Below, in pieces: positions 41,234 to 53,605 of a stretch of DNA of 64,000 nucleotides. Below the pieces are notes generated by a model that worked only from the letters and a program-made list of their open reading frames with translations, ran no database searches and was not told the DNA's origin. The translations under genes were made by a program, and so were the position numbers. The stretch spans positions 118,544,001-118,608,000 of the forward strand of contig NC_043000.1 in the NCBI RefSeq assembly GCF_006345805.1, written 5' to 3'. Each line of letters begins with the position of its first letter. The first letter of the stretch is position 1. The DNA is from Octopus sinensis (lineage: Eukaryota).

Positions 41234-41830
41234 AGGCGTCGAGCTGGCAGAAACGTTAGCACACTGGGCGAAATGTTCAGCGGTATTTCGTCTGCCGCTA
41301 CATTCTGAGTTCAAATTCCGCCGAGGTCGACTTTGCCTTTCATTCTTTCGGGGTCGATATATTAAGTAGCAGTTACGCACTGGGGTCGATATAATCGACT
41401 TAACCCGTCTGTCTGTCCTTGTTTGTCCTCTCTGTGTTTAGCCCCTTGTGGCTGGTAAAGAAATAGGTATTTCCTCTGCCGTTATGTTCTGATTTCAAAT
41501 TCCGCCGAGGTCGACTTTGCCTTTCATCCTTTCGGGGTCGATTAAATAAAGTACCAGTTACGCACTGTGTGGTCGATATAATCGACTTAATCCGTTTGTC
41601 TGTCCTTGTTTGTCCCCTCTGTATTTAGCCCCTTGTGAGTAGTAAAGAAACAGGTATTTCGTCTGTTTACGATTTGAGTTCAAATTGCCCCGTGATCTGA
41701 GTTCAAATGCCGCCGAGGTCGACTTTGCCTTTTATCCTTTCGGGGGCGATAAACTAAGTACCATTTGGGGTCGATCTAATCGACTGTCCCTATCCCCAAA
41801 AATTTTAGGCATTGTGCCTAGAGTAGAGAA
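41234..41830 (+). mobile_element. SINE family B trimer; the last unit has tail type 2
   Basis: Junctions GAAATA/GGTATTTC near 41461 and GAAACA/GGTATTTC near 41647. Confidence 0.9.
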
Positions 41831-41879
41831 AATTGTATTGTACTAACTAATTATGTACTACTATCAAATTTATAACCTA

Positions 41880-42217
41880 CTAGCAGTATCGCCCGGCGTT
41901 GCTCAGGTTTGTAAGTGAAATAACTGGAAAAAAATGATGGTAAATTTTTTTTTTAGTTAAAAAAGGTGGAGTTGCGTCCCCTAGAGAGTTTGCGGTTTGT
42001 GTTTCTAATTCTCGACCCCATGTCGAATTTATCGATTTTTTTCAGAACTGGGGGAACTTTTCAAAATTTTCCCTGCGTTAGTTTTGAATTATGACATTGG
42101 GCTATGTGTGTGTCAAGTTTCATCAGAATCGGTTGAAAGCCGTGGTCAGGGTGAGGGTACAAGCAAACAGACACACAGAAACACGCACAGACAAACTGCC
42201 GTTTATATAGAGAGAGA
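41880..42217 (-). mobile_element. Non-autonomous Helitron, subfamily 2
   Basis: 5' TC after A; 3' hairpin-like CC(T)GAGCAACGCCGGG followed by CTAG then T. Confidence 0.8.
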
Positions 42218-42574
42218 TTTTCAAATTGTTAATTATTAATTAATAATTAAACAAATGCATCTTTTTAAAGTGCAATAAATATTTTGAGGTATTTTTTATT
42301 TTTAATGGAAGCAACAAGTAATAACAAATAGAAGTAATATCTTATAATAAATGTTGTAGTTTTAATAATAGCTAATGTTATCTAAATCTAAATATTTTAT
42401 TTGAAATTTTGTCCTTAGCTGCAATATTCTAAGTAGAAATTTTCTTTTCCTGCACTTTACCAGATGGAATAAGTTGTCCTGTACTTTTCCAGGTTTATAA
42501 TCTTAAGAATATTATTATTTCTCTTGCTAGCATTTTTCCATGTAATTACGCTATGCCAACATTTATTACGTTCT

Positions 42575-42962
42575 TTTCTTTGTTTCTTTGTTTCAGTCAT
42601 TTGACAGCGGCCATGCTGGAGCACCACCTTTAGTCGAACAAATCGACCTCAGGACTTATTCTTTGCAAGACTAGTACTTATTCTACCGGTCTATTTTGCT
42701 GAACCGCTAGGTTACGGAGACGTAAACACACCAGCATCGGTTGGTGAGGGAACAAACAAACATATACACACACATACATGTATATATACATATATATACG
42801 ACGGGTTTCTTTCAGCTTCCGTTTGCCAAATCCACTCACAAGGCTTTGGTCGGCTCGAGGCTCTAGTAGAAAACACTTACCCAAGGCGCCACGCAGTGAG
42901 ACTGAACCCAGAACCATGTGGTTGGTAAGCAAGCTCACTTACCACACGCCCACTCCCGCGCC
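42575..42962 (-). mobile_element. SINE family A, near full length
   Basis: Head, CORE-like segment and tail. Confidence 0.88.
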
Positions 42963-43154
42963 TATAGAAGAATATTCAACGCTTCACAAATTTGCGTGTC
43001 ATCATTGCGCATTGGCCATGCTAATCTTCTCTGTATCGTTCCAGATTTAGTATATGCATTGCCGAAGCAATAACTTCTGTATTTTTCCATGTTTATAATT
43101 TTAAGAATACTATTTCTCTGGCTCGCATATTTACATTCACTCAATTATATACAA

Positions 43155-43549
43155 CTAGCAGTATCGCCCGGCGTTGCTCGGGTTTGTAAGGGAAATAATT
43201 ATATAAGCATTTTTAGAGATGTAAAGTATAATAGCCATCTCAATATGGCTAACCACAAAGGGGGAGGGGTGTTACTGTAGCTTTTTACGTTCTGAGATTT
43301 AATAATAAATTTCAGAGAGTTACTTCCCTTATATATGTCAAAAATGGATTAAAAATGGGAAAAATTGATGGTAATTTTTTTTTTAAATCGTAGACTCATC
43401 GTAGACGCGCGCTAATACCCAGACGGTCTCGATATGAATCACGACTATAAGATACCCGGTTTTGGTTAAACTGCACCGCAAAATGTGGGAGTAGTTAGGA
43501 ATCTAAATCGTAGGAGACAGACACACAACCTCACTTTTATATATAAAGA
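43155..43549 (-). mobile_element. Non-autonomous Helitron, subfamily 1
   Basis: A|TCTTTATATATAAAAGTG...CCCGAGCAACGCCGGGCGATACTGCTAG|T. Confidence 0.88.
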
Positions 43550-43732
43550 TTTCCTCTATTTACATAATTTGAGGTCTCTTTCTTTCTTTTGTTATCTTAC
43601 TGTTTTTACCAATATACATATATATATATATTATATATATATATTATATATATATAAATATATATATAGTTACAGAGATGTACTTGCATAGCAAGTGACT
43701 TGATCTGAGATCGTGTGCTGGAACGAAAACAG

Positions 43733-43991
43733 TTGCAGCGTTGAAGGTGTTTATAAGCCATTTAAGAAACACACAAAAACCGTTAGATTCACTTCAACAT
43801 TTAAATTTAATTTGTCAAAATATTTTCGTCGCTTTGAGACTGCGACCTGTTAGCACGATATTTTTGTCAGTGAACAGGTCGCGGTCTCAAAGCGACGAAA
43901 ATATTTTGGCAAATTAAATTTAAATGTTGAAGTGAATGTAACGGTTTTTGTGTGTTTCTTAAATGGCTTAGAAACACCTTCCAGGCTGCAA
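43733..43991. repeat. 259-bp foldback with 119-bp arms (6 mismatches) and a 21-nt loop
   Basis: 43733-43851 versus 43873-43991. Confidence 0.95.
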
Positions 43992-44855
43992 TATATATAT
44001 ACACACATACATATATGTATGTATGTATGTATGTGTGTATATGTGTATGCATGTGTGTGTGTGTGTGCGTGTCTGTGCTTGTCCTCCACCACTGCTTGAC
44101 AACGAATGTTGGTTTGTTTACATCCCTGTCACCTAGTGGTTTGACAAAGGAAACATATAGAATAAGTACAATGCTTACAAAAATAAAACTGGAGTTGATT
44201 CATTAAACTACAATTCTTCAAGGCATTGCCCCAGCATGGCCACAGACCAATGGCTGGAAAAAGCAGAAGAATAAAAGAATACATTCTCTGCTTTGGTCTT
44301 ATGTTCAAGGCATGAGAAAGCTTGAGTTTACATGAGAAGGCCTAACAGACCTGGTAGAAACAGCAGCCAAATCTCCCTCAAACACACCTTACTGTCTTAT
44401 GTATCTCTTATTATAAAGGCAGATTTTATCTGCCTCCCTTTGGGAGTTATACAAATCTACAATATAGGATTTCTTCAATTACAATTTACCTAGCAGTTTT
44501 AAGAGTACAATGCATCGCGTCATGCCAGGTCCAGTTTTTAAAATTTAAACTCCAATTAAGCAAAATTTACAGAAAACTCACATTCTGGTGTGTGTGTCAA
44601 ATGCTTTTCTTAGTCTGGTTTACACCACACGCAAACGCACACACACAGTGGGCAACGAATAAAATGAAAGTAAATGTAATATTTGTTTCTGTCTATCACG
44701 CTGATAGATACATGAGTAAAATGTATGGGAAGCTAACAGATAACAGTGAGTGAAAATGTTCTTGGAAGAGAGTAAATTAGCGACAGTGATTTGAGGAAGA
44801 CTAAACTGAAACTATGAAACAGTGTTTATGTATAAACAGACGACACTTATATAAA

Positions 44856-45170
44856 CCCTTTCGTTACCAAACCGCCCGAATTTACCTATTCATATTTAAA
44901 TGAGAATATCAGAGTAAATCTCTTTAGTACATTCGTGAAAACACGTATTATACTTCGTAAACACTTCAAATACAGTTTTGTACAAAAATCGAAGTGTAAT
45001 TTTAATTCCGTGAATTATGGGAGATTTTTTTCCGAAATTTGTTCCTATTGTGTTTTCAACATTTGTAATTCTGACAAAAAATGGATACGAATTTCATTAT
45101 ATCAAGCAGCGAGTCAGAATTCGAAGGATTTTCTACTGAAGACCTTCATAAATCTAACTCTATGACTGAA
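44856..45170 (+). mobile_element. piggyBac-like 5' fragment
   Basis: Starts (A)TAA-ACCCTTTCGTTACC; short acidic N-terminus MDTNFIISSSESEFEGFSTEDL. Confidence 0.4.
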
Positions 45171-45181
45171 AAAAAAAAGCA

Positions 45182-45575
45182 TCTTTATATAAGAGTGAAG
45201 TTGTGTGTCTGTCCCCTTCGATTTACATTCGTAATTACTCCCACATTTTGCGGTGCAGTTTAACCAAAAGCGGGTATCTTATAGTCGTGATTCATATCGA
45301 GCCCTTCTGGGTATTAGCGCGCGTCTACGATGAGGCTACGATTTTAAAAACATTTACCATCATATTTTTTCATTTTAATGCATTTTTTTCGCTTTTATAT
45401 AAGGGAAGTAACTCTCTAAAAATATCTACGATGTGTCAACGATTTAAAAAAAATTTACCTTAATTTTTTTTCAATTTTTAATGCATTTTTTTGCTATTTT
45501 TTGGCTATAACTCTCTAAAAATGCTTATATAGTTATTTCCCTTACAACCCGAGCAACGCCGGGCGATACTGCTAG
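45182..45575 (+). mobile_element. Non-autonomous Helitron, subfamily 1
   Basis: A|TCTTT...hairpin...CTAG|T; homologous to 43155-43549. Confidence 0.88.
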
Positions 45576-45587
45576 TGTATATATATA

Positions 45588-45886
45588 TGAGCCAATGAGG
45601 GGGACCTCTACATGGCAGCTAGACCTGGTAGAAATAGCAGCCAAATTTCCCCCAAATCACACCTTACTGTCTTATCTATGTATATATGTATGTATGAGCC
45701 TATGAGGGAGACCCCTACATGGCAGCTAGACCTGGTAGAAATAGCAGCCAAATTTCCCCCAAATCACACCTTACTGTCTTATCTATGTATATATGTATGA
45801 GCCTATGAGGGAGACCCCTACATGGCAGCTAGACATGGTAGAAATAGCAGCCAAATCTCACTCAAATCACACCTTACTGTCTTATC
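45588..45886 (+). repeat. ~100-105-bp tandem repeat x3
   Basis: TGAGCC.ATGAGGG...ACATGGCAGCTAGACCTGGTAGAAATAGCAGCC...CCTTACTGTCTTATC; a related single copy lies at about 44330-44402. Confidence 0.9.
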
Positions 45887-46740
45887 TTTCTGCTACTTGG
45901 ATATAGGTGTTATTATTCGTCGTAAAAAACTTTCCTGTCACACAATCACGCACACGCACACAGACACACACGCACCCTCACACACACACACACGCGCACA
46001 CCCACACACACACACTCACACACACGCACGTTAGCTTACAATTTTATTTATATATTTGCGTGTCTATGTGTTGAAAGAGGAAGTGGGAGGCAGAGTGAAA
46101 GAATCACTCACTACAGTAAGTCAATTACTTTCATTTTATTCGTCGCACACTGTGTGTGTGCGTTTGCGTGTGCTGTAAACCAGACTAAGAAAAGCATTTG
46201 ACACACACACCAGAATGTGAGTTTTCTGTAAATTTTGCTTAATTGGAGTTTAAATTTTAAAAACTGGACCTGGCCTGACGCGATGCATTGTACTCTTAAA
46301 AATGCAAGGTAAATTGTAATTGAAGAAATCCTATATTGTAGATTTGTATAACTCCCAAAGGGAGGCAGATAAAATTTGCCTTTTATAATAAGAGATTATT
46401 AAACCAACTCATATTCTATATTTCGTTTTCCTTTTACCGCTGTCTACCCAAACAATGCGACTATATTTGGCCATTTCTAATCGTTTCTTTTGATTTCTCT
46501 ACTCTTATTGAAACTAACTCGCTCCAGTATCAATCTCTTTTACATATATATCCATATGCTCAATTTGCCGTTACTCTTCGAAAAGTCAGCATTGGCATAA
46601 CTTCCAATTCAATGTCACCTTTGAAAGTGTATCTTTAAATTTACTTCATCCATTGAGATACTTTATTCTATATATTCTTCATTCTTTTTTTCAAATACCA
46701 CACATACATACTCAATCATACACACACAACAAACACATGC

Positions 46741-46771
<31 letters not shown>

Positions 46772-47046
46772 AACATTTGCATACATGTGTGTGTTTGTGT
46801 CTGTGCATGTGTGTATAAATATATATATAATATATATATACATATATATACTTATATATACATATATACACATATATACATATATGTATAAATATATATA
46901 TACACATATATATACATATATATACATACATATATACATATATATATATAATATATATAACATACATATATATATATATTATATATATATATATATAAAT
47001 ACATATATATTTATATATATATATATATATACATACATATATATAT

Positions 47047-47082
<36 letters not shown>

Positions 47083-47466
47083 TGTTTGATTGTATACCTT
47101 ACATAACTACATACGGGTGAATGTGATAAGCACGTTATTCGGATGAGACAAACATTTTTTATATCTTGTAAATAAGTCTATTGTTGTATCATTTTTCTTA
47201 TTCCTTAGAAATTTTCTTTCCTTTTTTTCGTTAAGTATTTCTTTATTTTTCAGCTGTATGTGTGAGTATGTCTGTGTCTGTGTATACATATATTTGAGAA
47301 TGTATGCGTCTGTTTCTGTGTGCGTTGTTTCAAAATGACACGAGGCAAAATACTACACACTTCTTTATAACACGAAGTTCATTTCTGGTAACATAAAAAA
47401 TGATCGATATTGCCGCCCCTACGTATTTCTTATGTATATGAATATATGTGTGAATGCACGCGCGCC

Positions 47467-47499
<33 letters not shown>

Positions 47500-47744
47500 T
47501 CATACATTATCTAATTTGGCAATGATGATATTCTAAGATCTAAAGTAATATCACAACAATACCAGGAAAGTGTCAGGTAACAAATGCCTAATGATAATAA
47601 AATCAATGGAAAATCTCAATAAAGATTATTTGCGTGTTTGGTAAACCGTGTTTTATTCTGAATTCCTTTAAGCACTCACGGTGCTTTCTGATGGAAGATT
47701 GTACTTAAATATGGTTGTCGAATCAAATAATAAAAATGTTCATC

Positions 47745-47813
<69 letters not shown>

Positions 47814-47838
47814 GTGTGTGTGTGTGTATGCGTGTGTA

Positions 47839-47882
<44 letters not shown>

Positions 47883-48023
47883 GATAGGTATGTATGCATG
47901 TATATGTGTATTTTTTCTCTTCACGAAAATATGAATATCTCACGGTTATGTATACAATATACACTCTCACATAGGTACATATGTGTATATATGTATATGT
48001 ATGTATACACTTCTACATGCATA

Positions 48024-48056
<33 letters not shown>

Positions 48057-48061
48057 GTATA

Positions 48062-48105
<44 letters not shown>

Positions 48106-48189
48106 TGTATATATATATATGTATATATGTATTATGTATATATGTATTATGCATATATGTATATGTATAAGTGTATACATATACATACA

Positions 48190-48570
48190 TAGGTACACTG
48201 GAAATACAAACAAAAGTGCGTGGTTAACCACGTGGTTTTGTGTTCAGTTCTGCTACGCGGCACATTGGGCAAAATGTCTTCTGCTAAATGGCCTCCGATC
48301 GACCAATTTCTTGTGTATGAAATTTGGTCGATGGAAACCGTATGGAACCTTCTGTGTTTGCATGTATGTGTGTGTATGTGTGTCCATGCTTGTTTTTGTA
48401 GTTATTCCCCCAACACCAGCACTACCACATCCACTGTCAGTACTTGACAACCCATGGTATAAGTACCTGGAATTAAGAGATAGATAAGGATTGGGGTTGA
48501 TTATTTCGATTAAATTCTTCAAAAGGTATTCTTACACAGGTGCAGTCCAGTGACTGAAACAAATAAAAAA
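48190..48570 (+). mobile_element. SINE family A, diverged
   Basis: GGTTCAGTTCTGCTACGCGGCACATTGGGCAAAATGTC...TGACTGAAACAAATAAAA. Confidence 0.7.
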
Positions 48571-48652
48571 TGTGTACATAGGCGTAGGAGCGACTGTCAG
48601 GCGCAGGAGCGGCTGTCAAGAGCAGGAGTGGTTGTGTGGTAAGAAGGTTGTT

Positions 48653-50731
48653 ATCAGTGTTGTTTATTCGTACAACTGATTGAAGTCGTCACGCTGGCTT
48701 GCAGTGGACGAAAATTGATTGTAAAAGAAGCTCTACTGTAAGGTAAGTCTTTTGTCTTTTGGGCCCAGTGGGTGTTTGTTGTTTGCAGTAATTATTTTTG
48801 TACAAGCAAGAAGTCCTCACTGGATTCTAAACTCTAGCCCACCTGCAGTTGAGCAAAAGTGGTTCACGTTAAGTGATTTTTTTTCTCACTTAATTGTGAA
48901 AATTGTTTCTTGGGGGCGAATCGTGCCTCCTAAAAATTTGTTCACTTTTTGTGGATTTTTAAAATAATTCTGAGAATTGCTGTTTTAGGGGAGTGTATTT
49001 GCCCCTGAAGATTGAACGACTTATATACCAGTTTTTGTGGAAGTTGTGACGTTCCTGGTTCGACCTTGGCCGGGAGTACCTAGTGGTCGGAAGATTTTTG
49101 TTTGCTGTGTTTTTGAACAATTGACTTTCTTTCTTGTAAACTTTTTTTACTTTCTTTTTTCGTGAATTGTTTTCTTTTTCTTCCTTCCATTTTATTGTGA
49201 CTTTCTTTTGATTTCTTTTTTTTCTTCTTTCTTTTTGAGTTTTATTTTGAACTATTTTTGAACTGTTATTAAAAAAACCTGGCAATAAAAACACAATGTT
49301 TTAGAGTGGGAAATTATACCACCCAAATAGTGGTTGAAAGACCTTGAAGAGAGGACGGTGGTGTTCAGGACTTACTCCGAGTCTCTCGACACCATCGCCC
49401 TATTTGAAAAGACTGTGACAGAAAAGGAGTTGGCAGAGTATCTGCCAACTATTAAATTCATTTCCAGGGGGGGTCAAACACGCAACAATTAGGTTGCTGT
49501 TTCACTCCCCTGAAGAGGCTCGCAAATTTGCGAGCCAGCCGTTAGAGGGCAAAGAAATTTTGTTTCTTCCCACGTATTGTGGGAAGAGGTTGGCAAGAGC
49601 TTGGGTCTGCGGGTTGCCACCCGAGTATATAGAGGAGACTATCCGCCGGGGTCTGGGTGGCAGCGGAGCCAAGCTGCTTAATGTGAAAGTTTTTCTGCGG
49701 CTGATTGGTTTGTTTTGACCCTGTGGACCCAATCAGCCAATATGGTGTTTCCAGATGTTTTGAAAATGGCCGTGTGCAGGTACCAGGTGATTCTTGAGGG
49801 TCGCCCCGCCAGGTGTCATCGGTGCTTGGAGACTGGCCATATAAAGAAAAACTGTCCCCAGGACCGGAGTAGGGTCCTGGAGCAGTTGGTTGTAGAAGAG
49901 CCCCCTTCTCCTCCGGAAGGAGAGATAGAGGTAGTCGAGGAGGGAAAGATCTCCCCCGGAAAAGAAGGAAGAAAGAAAGAAGGGGAGCAACAATGGTTGC
50001 TCACCGAAGGATCCTGGTGTGGCGAGGGGAGGCAATGTTCCTCCGGTTGAGGCAAAGGAGCCAGCCCCTCCCGTGCCAGAGACAAAAAGAAAAAAAGAAG
50101 AATGGGACGGTGCCGGCGGTTTGCAATGCTCTGCCGGCATGTCCAGAAACTTCGTCGGTGGGAATTGTGCCACCGGAGGAGGAGTCTGTGGCCCCTCCCA
50201 GTGAAAATAATGAAGAATATGTAGTCTTCTATCTCAAGGGAGGGGCCGTAGAGAACTTCGTGGATAGTTGTGAAGGTTGGGAACGAGTGGTCCCGTCCTG
50301 CGTGGATAGTCCAAACTGGTTTCCGCATGTGACTGCGGGGGTCATGGATGAGAGTAATTTTCATAAAATAATTGATTACATTTCTAAGGAAGAGTATAAC
50401 TATCTTTCCTGGGTTCCCGACTTGCTGCTGCGGGATTGCTTGAAGGCAGCAAGAGATTTAATCGGGGATGATTGATAAGAGGCTTAACGCCTCAATTTCA
50501 TGTTTTTGTTATTATAATGAAATCTAATGTTATTGTAAGAAGTTTATTACCTCATTTGCGTTTGTTGTTTTTCAGAAAAGAAAAAAAACGAACAATATTT
50601 TAGAGAAGGGGATATCGGCGGACATCTTTGTCTTCTCCCATTAATACCATCTTTTTCATCACTCATTAATGTCTGTGTCCAGCCCGCAAGTTTCTCTCTC
50701 TGTGTAATACCTTTATGGCAAAATCTTGAAA
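48653..50731 (+). mobile_element. L1/Tx1-like non-LTR element carrying ORF1 only
   Basis: Long pyrimidine-rich 5' UTR, frameshifted gag-like ORF, no endonuclease or RT ORF downstream. Confidence 0.7.
49300..50475 (+). pseudogene. Gag-like ORF1 with an RRM-like region and a CCHC zinc knuckle, frameshifted
   Basis: AWVCGLPPEY, then VILEGRPARCHRCLETGHIKKNCP (CX2CX4HX4C), an acidic/Pro-rich linker and a C-terminal ~80-aa segment ending ARDLIGDD*. Confidence 0.85.
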
Positions 50732-50787
50732 TAAAGGCGGTGCTCCAGCATGGCCGCAATCAAATGACTGAAACAAATAAAAGAATA

Positions 50788-50945
50788 GTCGCAGACGTGG
50801 CTGTGTTCTAAGGCGCTTCCTTCTCAACCTCATGGCTCCTGGTTTAGTGCTACGCAGTGGCACATTGAGGCAGCATTTTCTACTATAGCCTCAGGTTGAC
50901 CAAAGCCTTGTGAGTGGATTTGGCTAACGAAAACCGAAAGAAGGG
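50788..50945 (+). mobile_element. SINE family A, 5' half
   Basis: GTGGCTGTGTT head and CTACTATAGCCTCAGGTTGACCAAAGCCTTGTGAGTGG. Confidence 0.8.
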
Positions 50946-50955
50946 TAACGAATAT

Positions 50956-50986
<31 letters not shown>

Positions 50987-50988
50987 TC

Positions 50989-52990
50989 TAGATTCCTTCC
51001 TCTCTTTCGTCCAATCTTTCCAACCAGCCCTCCACTTCACTTCCACTATCTCCAACACCTCTGTCTCCTTCCTCGACATTTCGGTTAGCATTCTTCACTC
51101 CACTCTTAACCACCTCCATTCACTACAAACACACAGACTCCACACTCATACCTCACTTTCTCTTCTCCACCCAGAACCACACCAAGCTTTCCATCCCCTA
51201 TTCCCAATTCCCTCCTCCGTCTACGTAGGCTCTGTAGTGACGACCATGACTTGAGACTCAGTCTCAACGTATGCTCACCACTTCACCCTACGTGGATACC
51301 CCCTCACCACTATCCACACCGCCCTTGCCAGAGCACGGTCCGTGACCGTGTATCTGCTCTCTCTCCCCGAACCCGCCCTGTAGTCTCCCGCCTCCCTTTT
51401 CCCCTCACTTTACCACCCCACGACCCTACGTCTCCAACGCACCATTCTTCGAGCTTTCCGTCATCTCCAGTCCGACCCGTCCACTTCACACCTCTTCCCT
51501 AACCGACCCTCCCCTCTTTCAAACGAGCCCACAACCTTCGAGACCTTTTGGTACATAGCTCCTTCCCTGACCCTACCTCCCAACCCGGCTCGTTCCCCTG
51601 CTCCGCCCACGTTGCCGCACTTGCCCTTACCTCTCCAACACCACCCGCCTCACTAGCACCCACCATCGACCCTATCCATCATCCACTCCTTCACCTGCAC
51701 CTCCAGCAATATTATCTATTGCATCTCTTGCTCTCTCTGCAATTCCTTGTACATCGGACAAACGGGACGCCGCTTGGCTGACCGGTTCGCGGAACACCTT
51801 CGTGACATCCACCTTGCGAACGACACACCGGTCTCACGCCATTTCCGCTCCACCGGTCATCCTTGCAACACCTATCTGTGTTCGGTTTGTCCTTACACAG
51901 AGGCCATCCGGATTCCCGTTTGCGCCGTGAACAGGAATTAATCTTTCTCTTCGCTCTTATACGCCATTTGGTCTCAACTCTCCCCCCCTCCTCATCTAAC
52001 CCCCTCTCCCACCTCCTCAACCTATCCTTTCTCCCCCCGACCCCTACTTCTTCAGTCCTTCATCCTTTCACCCCCCTACTCGCCTTCCCTTCTTCCCTCT
52101 TTCTCCCTCCCTCTTCCCTTCCTCTGCTTCCTCACTCCCTCTCCCCCCCTCTCCCTCTTTCCTCCTTCATCCCCCTCCTCCCCTTCCTTCTCCCCCTTCC
52201 TCTCCTCTTCCCTCTTCTCCTCCCCCTCTTCTTCCCCTCCCCTTCTCTCCCCCTCTTCCCCCTCCCCCTCTTCTTCCCCCCCTCCCCCTCTTCTCCTCAC
52301 TACACCACATGACTTTACAATCACATCACATATGATGTGCCATACTAATACACACACCAACTAATACATACTAATACGTACTAATACATACTAGTACATA
52401 CTAATACTTACACCAACCCTATACATACAAACACGTCCAGACCCCGCATACGCACTTATACTCTCTCACACACACAACACATACCTATACATACCAATAC
52501 GTACTAATACATACTAATACATACTAATACATACACCAACCCCATACAACGCATGTCCAGACCAATCTTACGCACTAATACTCTCTCATACACACACACA
52601 CACACAACACACACACCCTTATACATACTAATACATACACCAACCCTATACATACACACATCCAGACCCCTCCCACGCACTTTTCTGGTCCCTCAACCCA
52701 TTTATCAACCCTATTATCTCCCCTTATTTCGCTCTCTCGCATCTCATGTTTGATCTTTGACCTCTGGCCGAAATCAGATCGCCATGTTGATTCGCTTAGC
52801 TACTACGCACGCATTTTTTTTCTCTCCTTCTTTCTGTGTTTTTCTCTCTCTGTGTAATCTTTCTGTTGAAGAGCGTAGGCTCGAAACGTTAAAGACTTTT
52901 TTATTTATATTTCCTGAGCGCCATACTAATACAATTGTTCGTTTGTTTTCCACCTGCCTTCGTCTTTTGTTTATTTTCATAAAGCTTCCC
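50989..52990 (+). mobile_element. 5'-truncated Penelope-like element (RT end, thumb, GIY-YIG, 3' terminal repeat)
   Basis: VSFLDI, HYKHTDSH, SIPYSQF.RLRRLCS, FTCTSSNIIYCISCSLCNSLYIGQTGRRLADRFAEHLRDI; terminal repeat at 52740-52990. Confidence 0.93.
52858..52895 (+). ncRNA. Minimal type-I hammerhead-like motif with a non-canonical core (A6 to U)
   Basis: TCTTT-CTGTTGA-A-GAGC-GTAG-GCTC-GAA-ACGT-T-AAAGA; stems I and II pair fully and stem III is a palindrome. Confidence 0.6.
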
Positions 52991-52991
52991 G

Positions 52992-53027
<36 letters not shown>

Positions 53028-53223
53028 TGAAATATATTTGCCAGCTAAATATGGCGGTGCCTTAGAGGACGATGTTACTATTGTTTTCAGACCGAGGACA
53101 TCTCATCCTCCTGGGGCTAAAAACAACAGTAACATCGTTCACTATGGGACAGTCACATTTAGTTGGCAATTATACTTCACATCCGTGGTGCTACTGGTTT
53201 ACTTCTCGCTCAGATTTAATATT

Positions 53224-53314
<91 letters not shown>

Positions 53315-53399
53315 TGTGTGTCTGTTGTGTGTGTGTCTGTGTGCGTGTGTGGGTCTATGTGTGTGTATTATATATAACATGTGTATCTGTCTGTCACTC

Positions 53400-53605
53400 T
53401 GCCTGCCTGCCTGTCTTTGTGTCTGTGTTTGTCACCCACCCTCGTTTGACAAACGATGATGGAGTGATGACGTCTCTGTAACTTAGCGGTTCGACAGAAG
53501 AAAAAGATAGAATAAGTACCAGACTAAAAAGAATACAAAGCAAGTACTGAGTCCGATTCCTTCGAGTAAAAATTGTTCAATGCGGTGCCCCAGCTTGGCT
53601 GCAAA
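53400..53605 (+). mobile_element. SINE family A, 3' half, diverged
   Basis: GTAACTTAGCGGTTCGAC...GATAGAATAAGTACC...GCGGTGCCCCAGC. Confidence 0.75.

Larger units (their letters stand above)
44403..46396. repeat. ~280-bp inverted arms (about 96% identical) enclosing ~1.4 kb of nested elements
   Basis: 44403-44680 versus about 46120-46396. Confidence 0.92.

Noticed and set aside
53038-53262. 74-aa ORF MPAKYGGALEDD... with a protein-like look
   Set aside because: It overlaps an inverted repeat and runs into (TA)n, with no donor site or recognisable motif.
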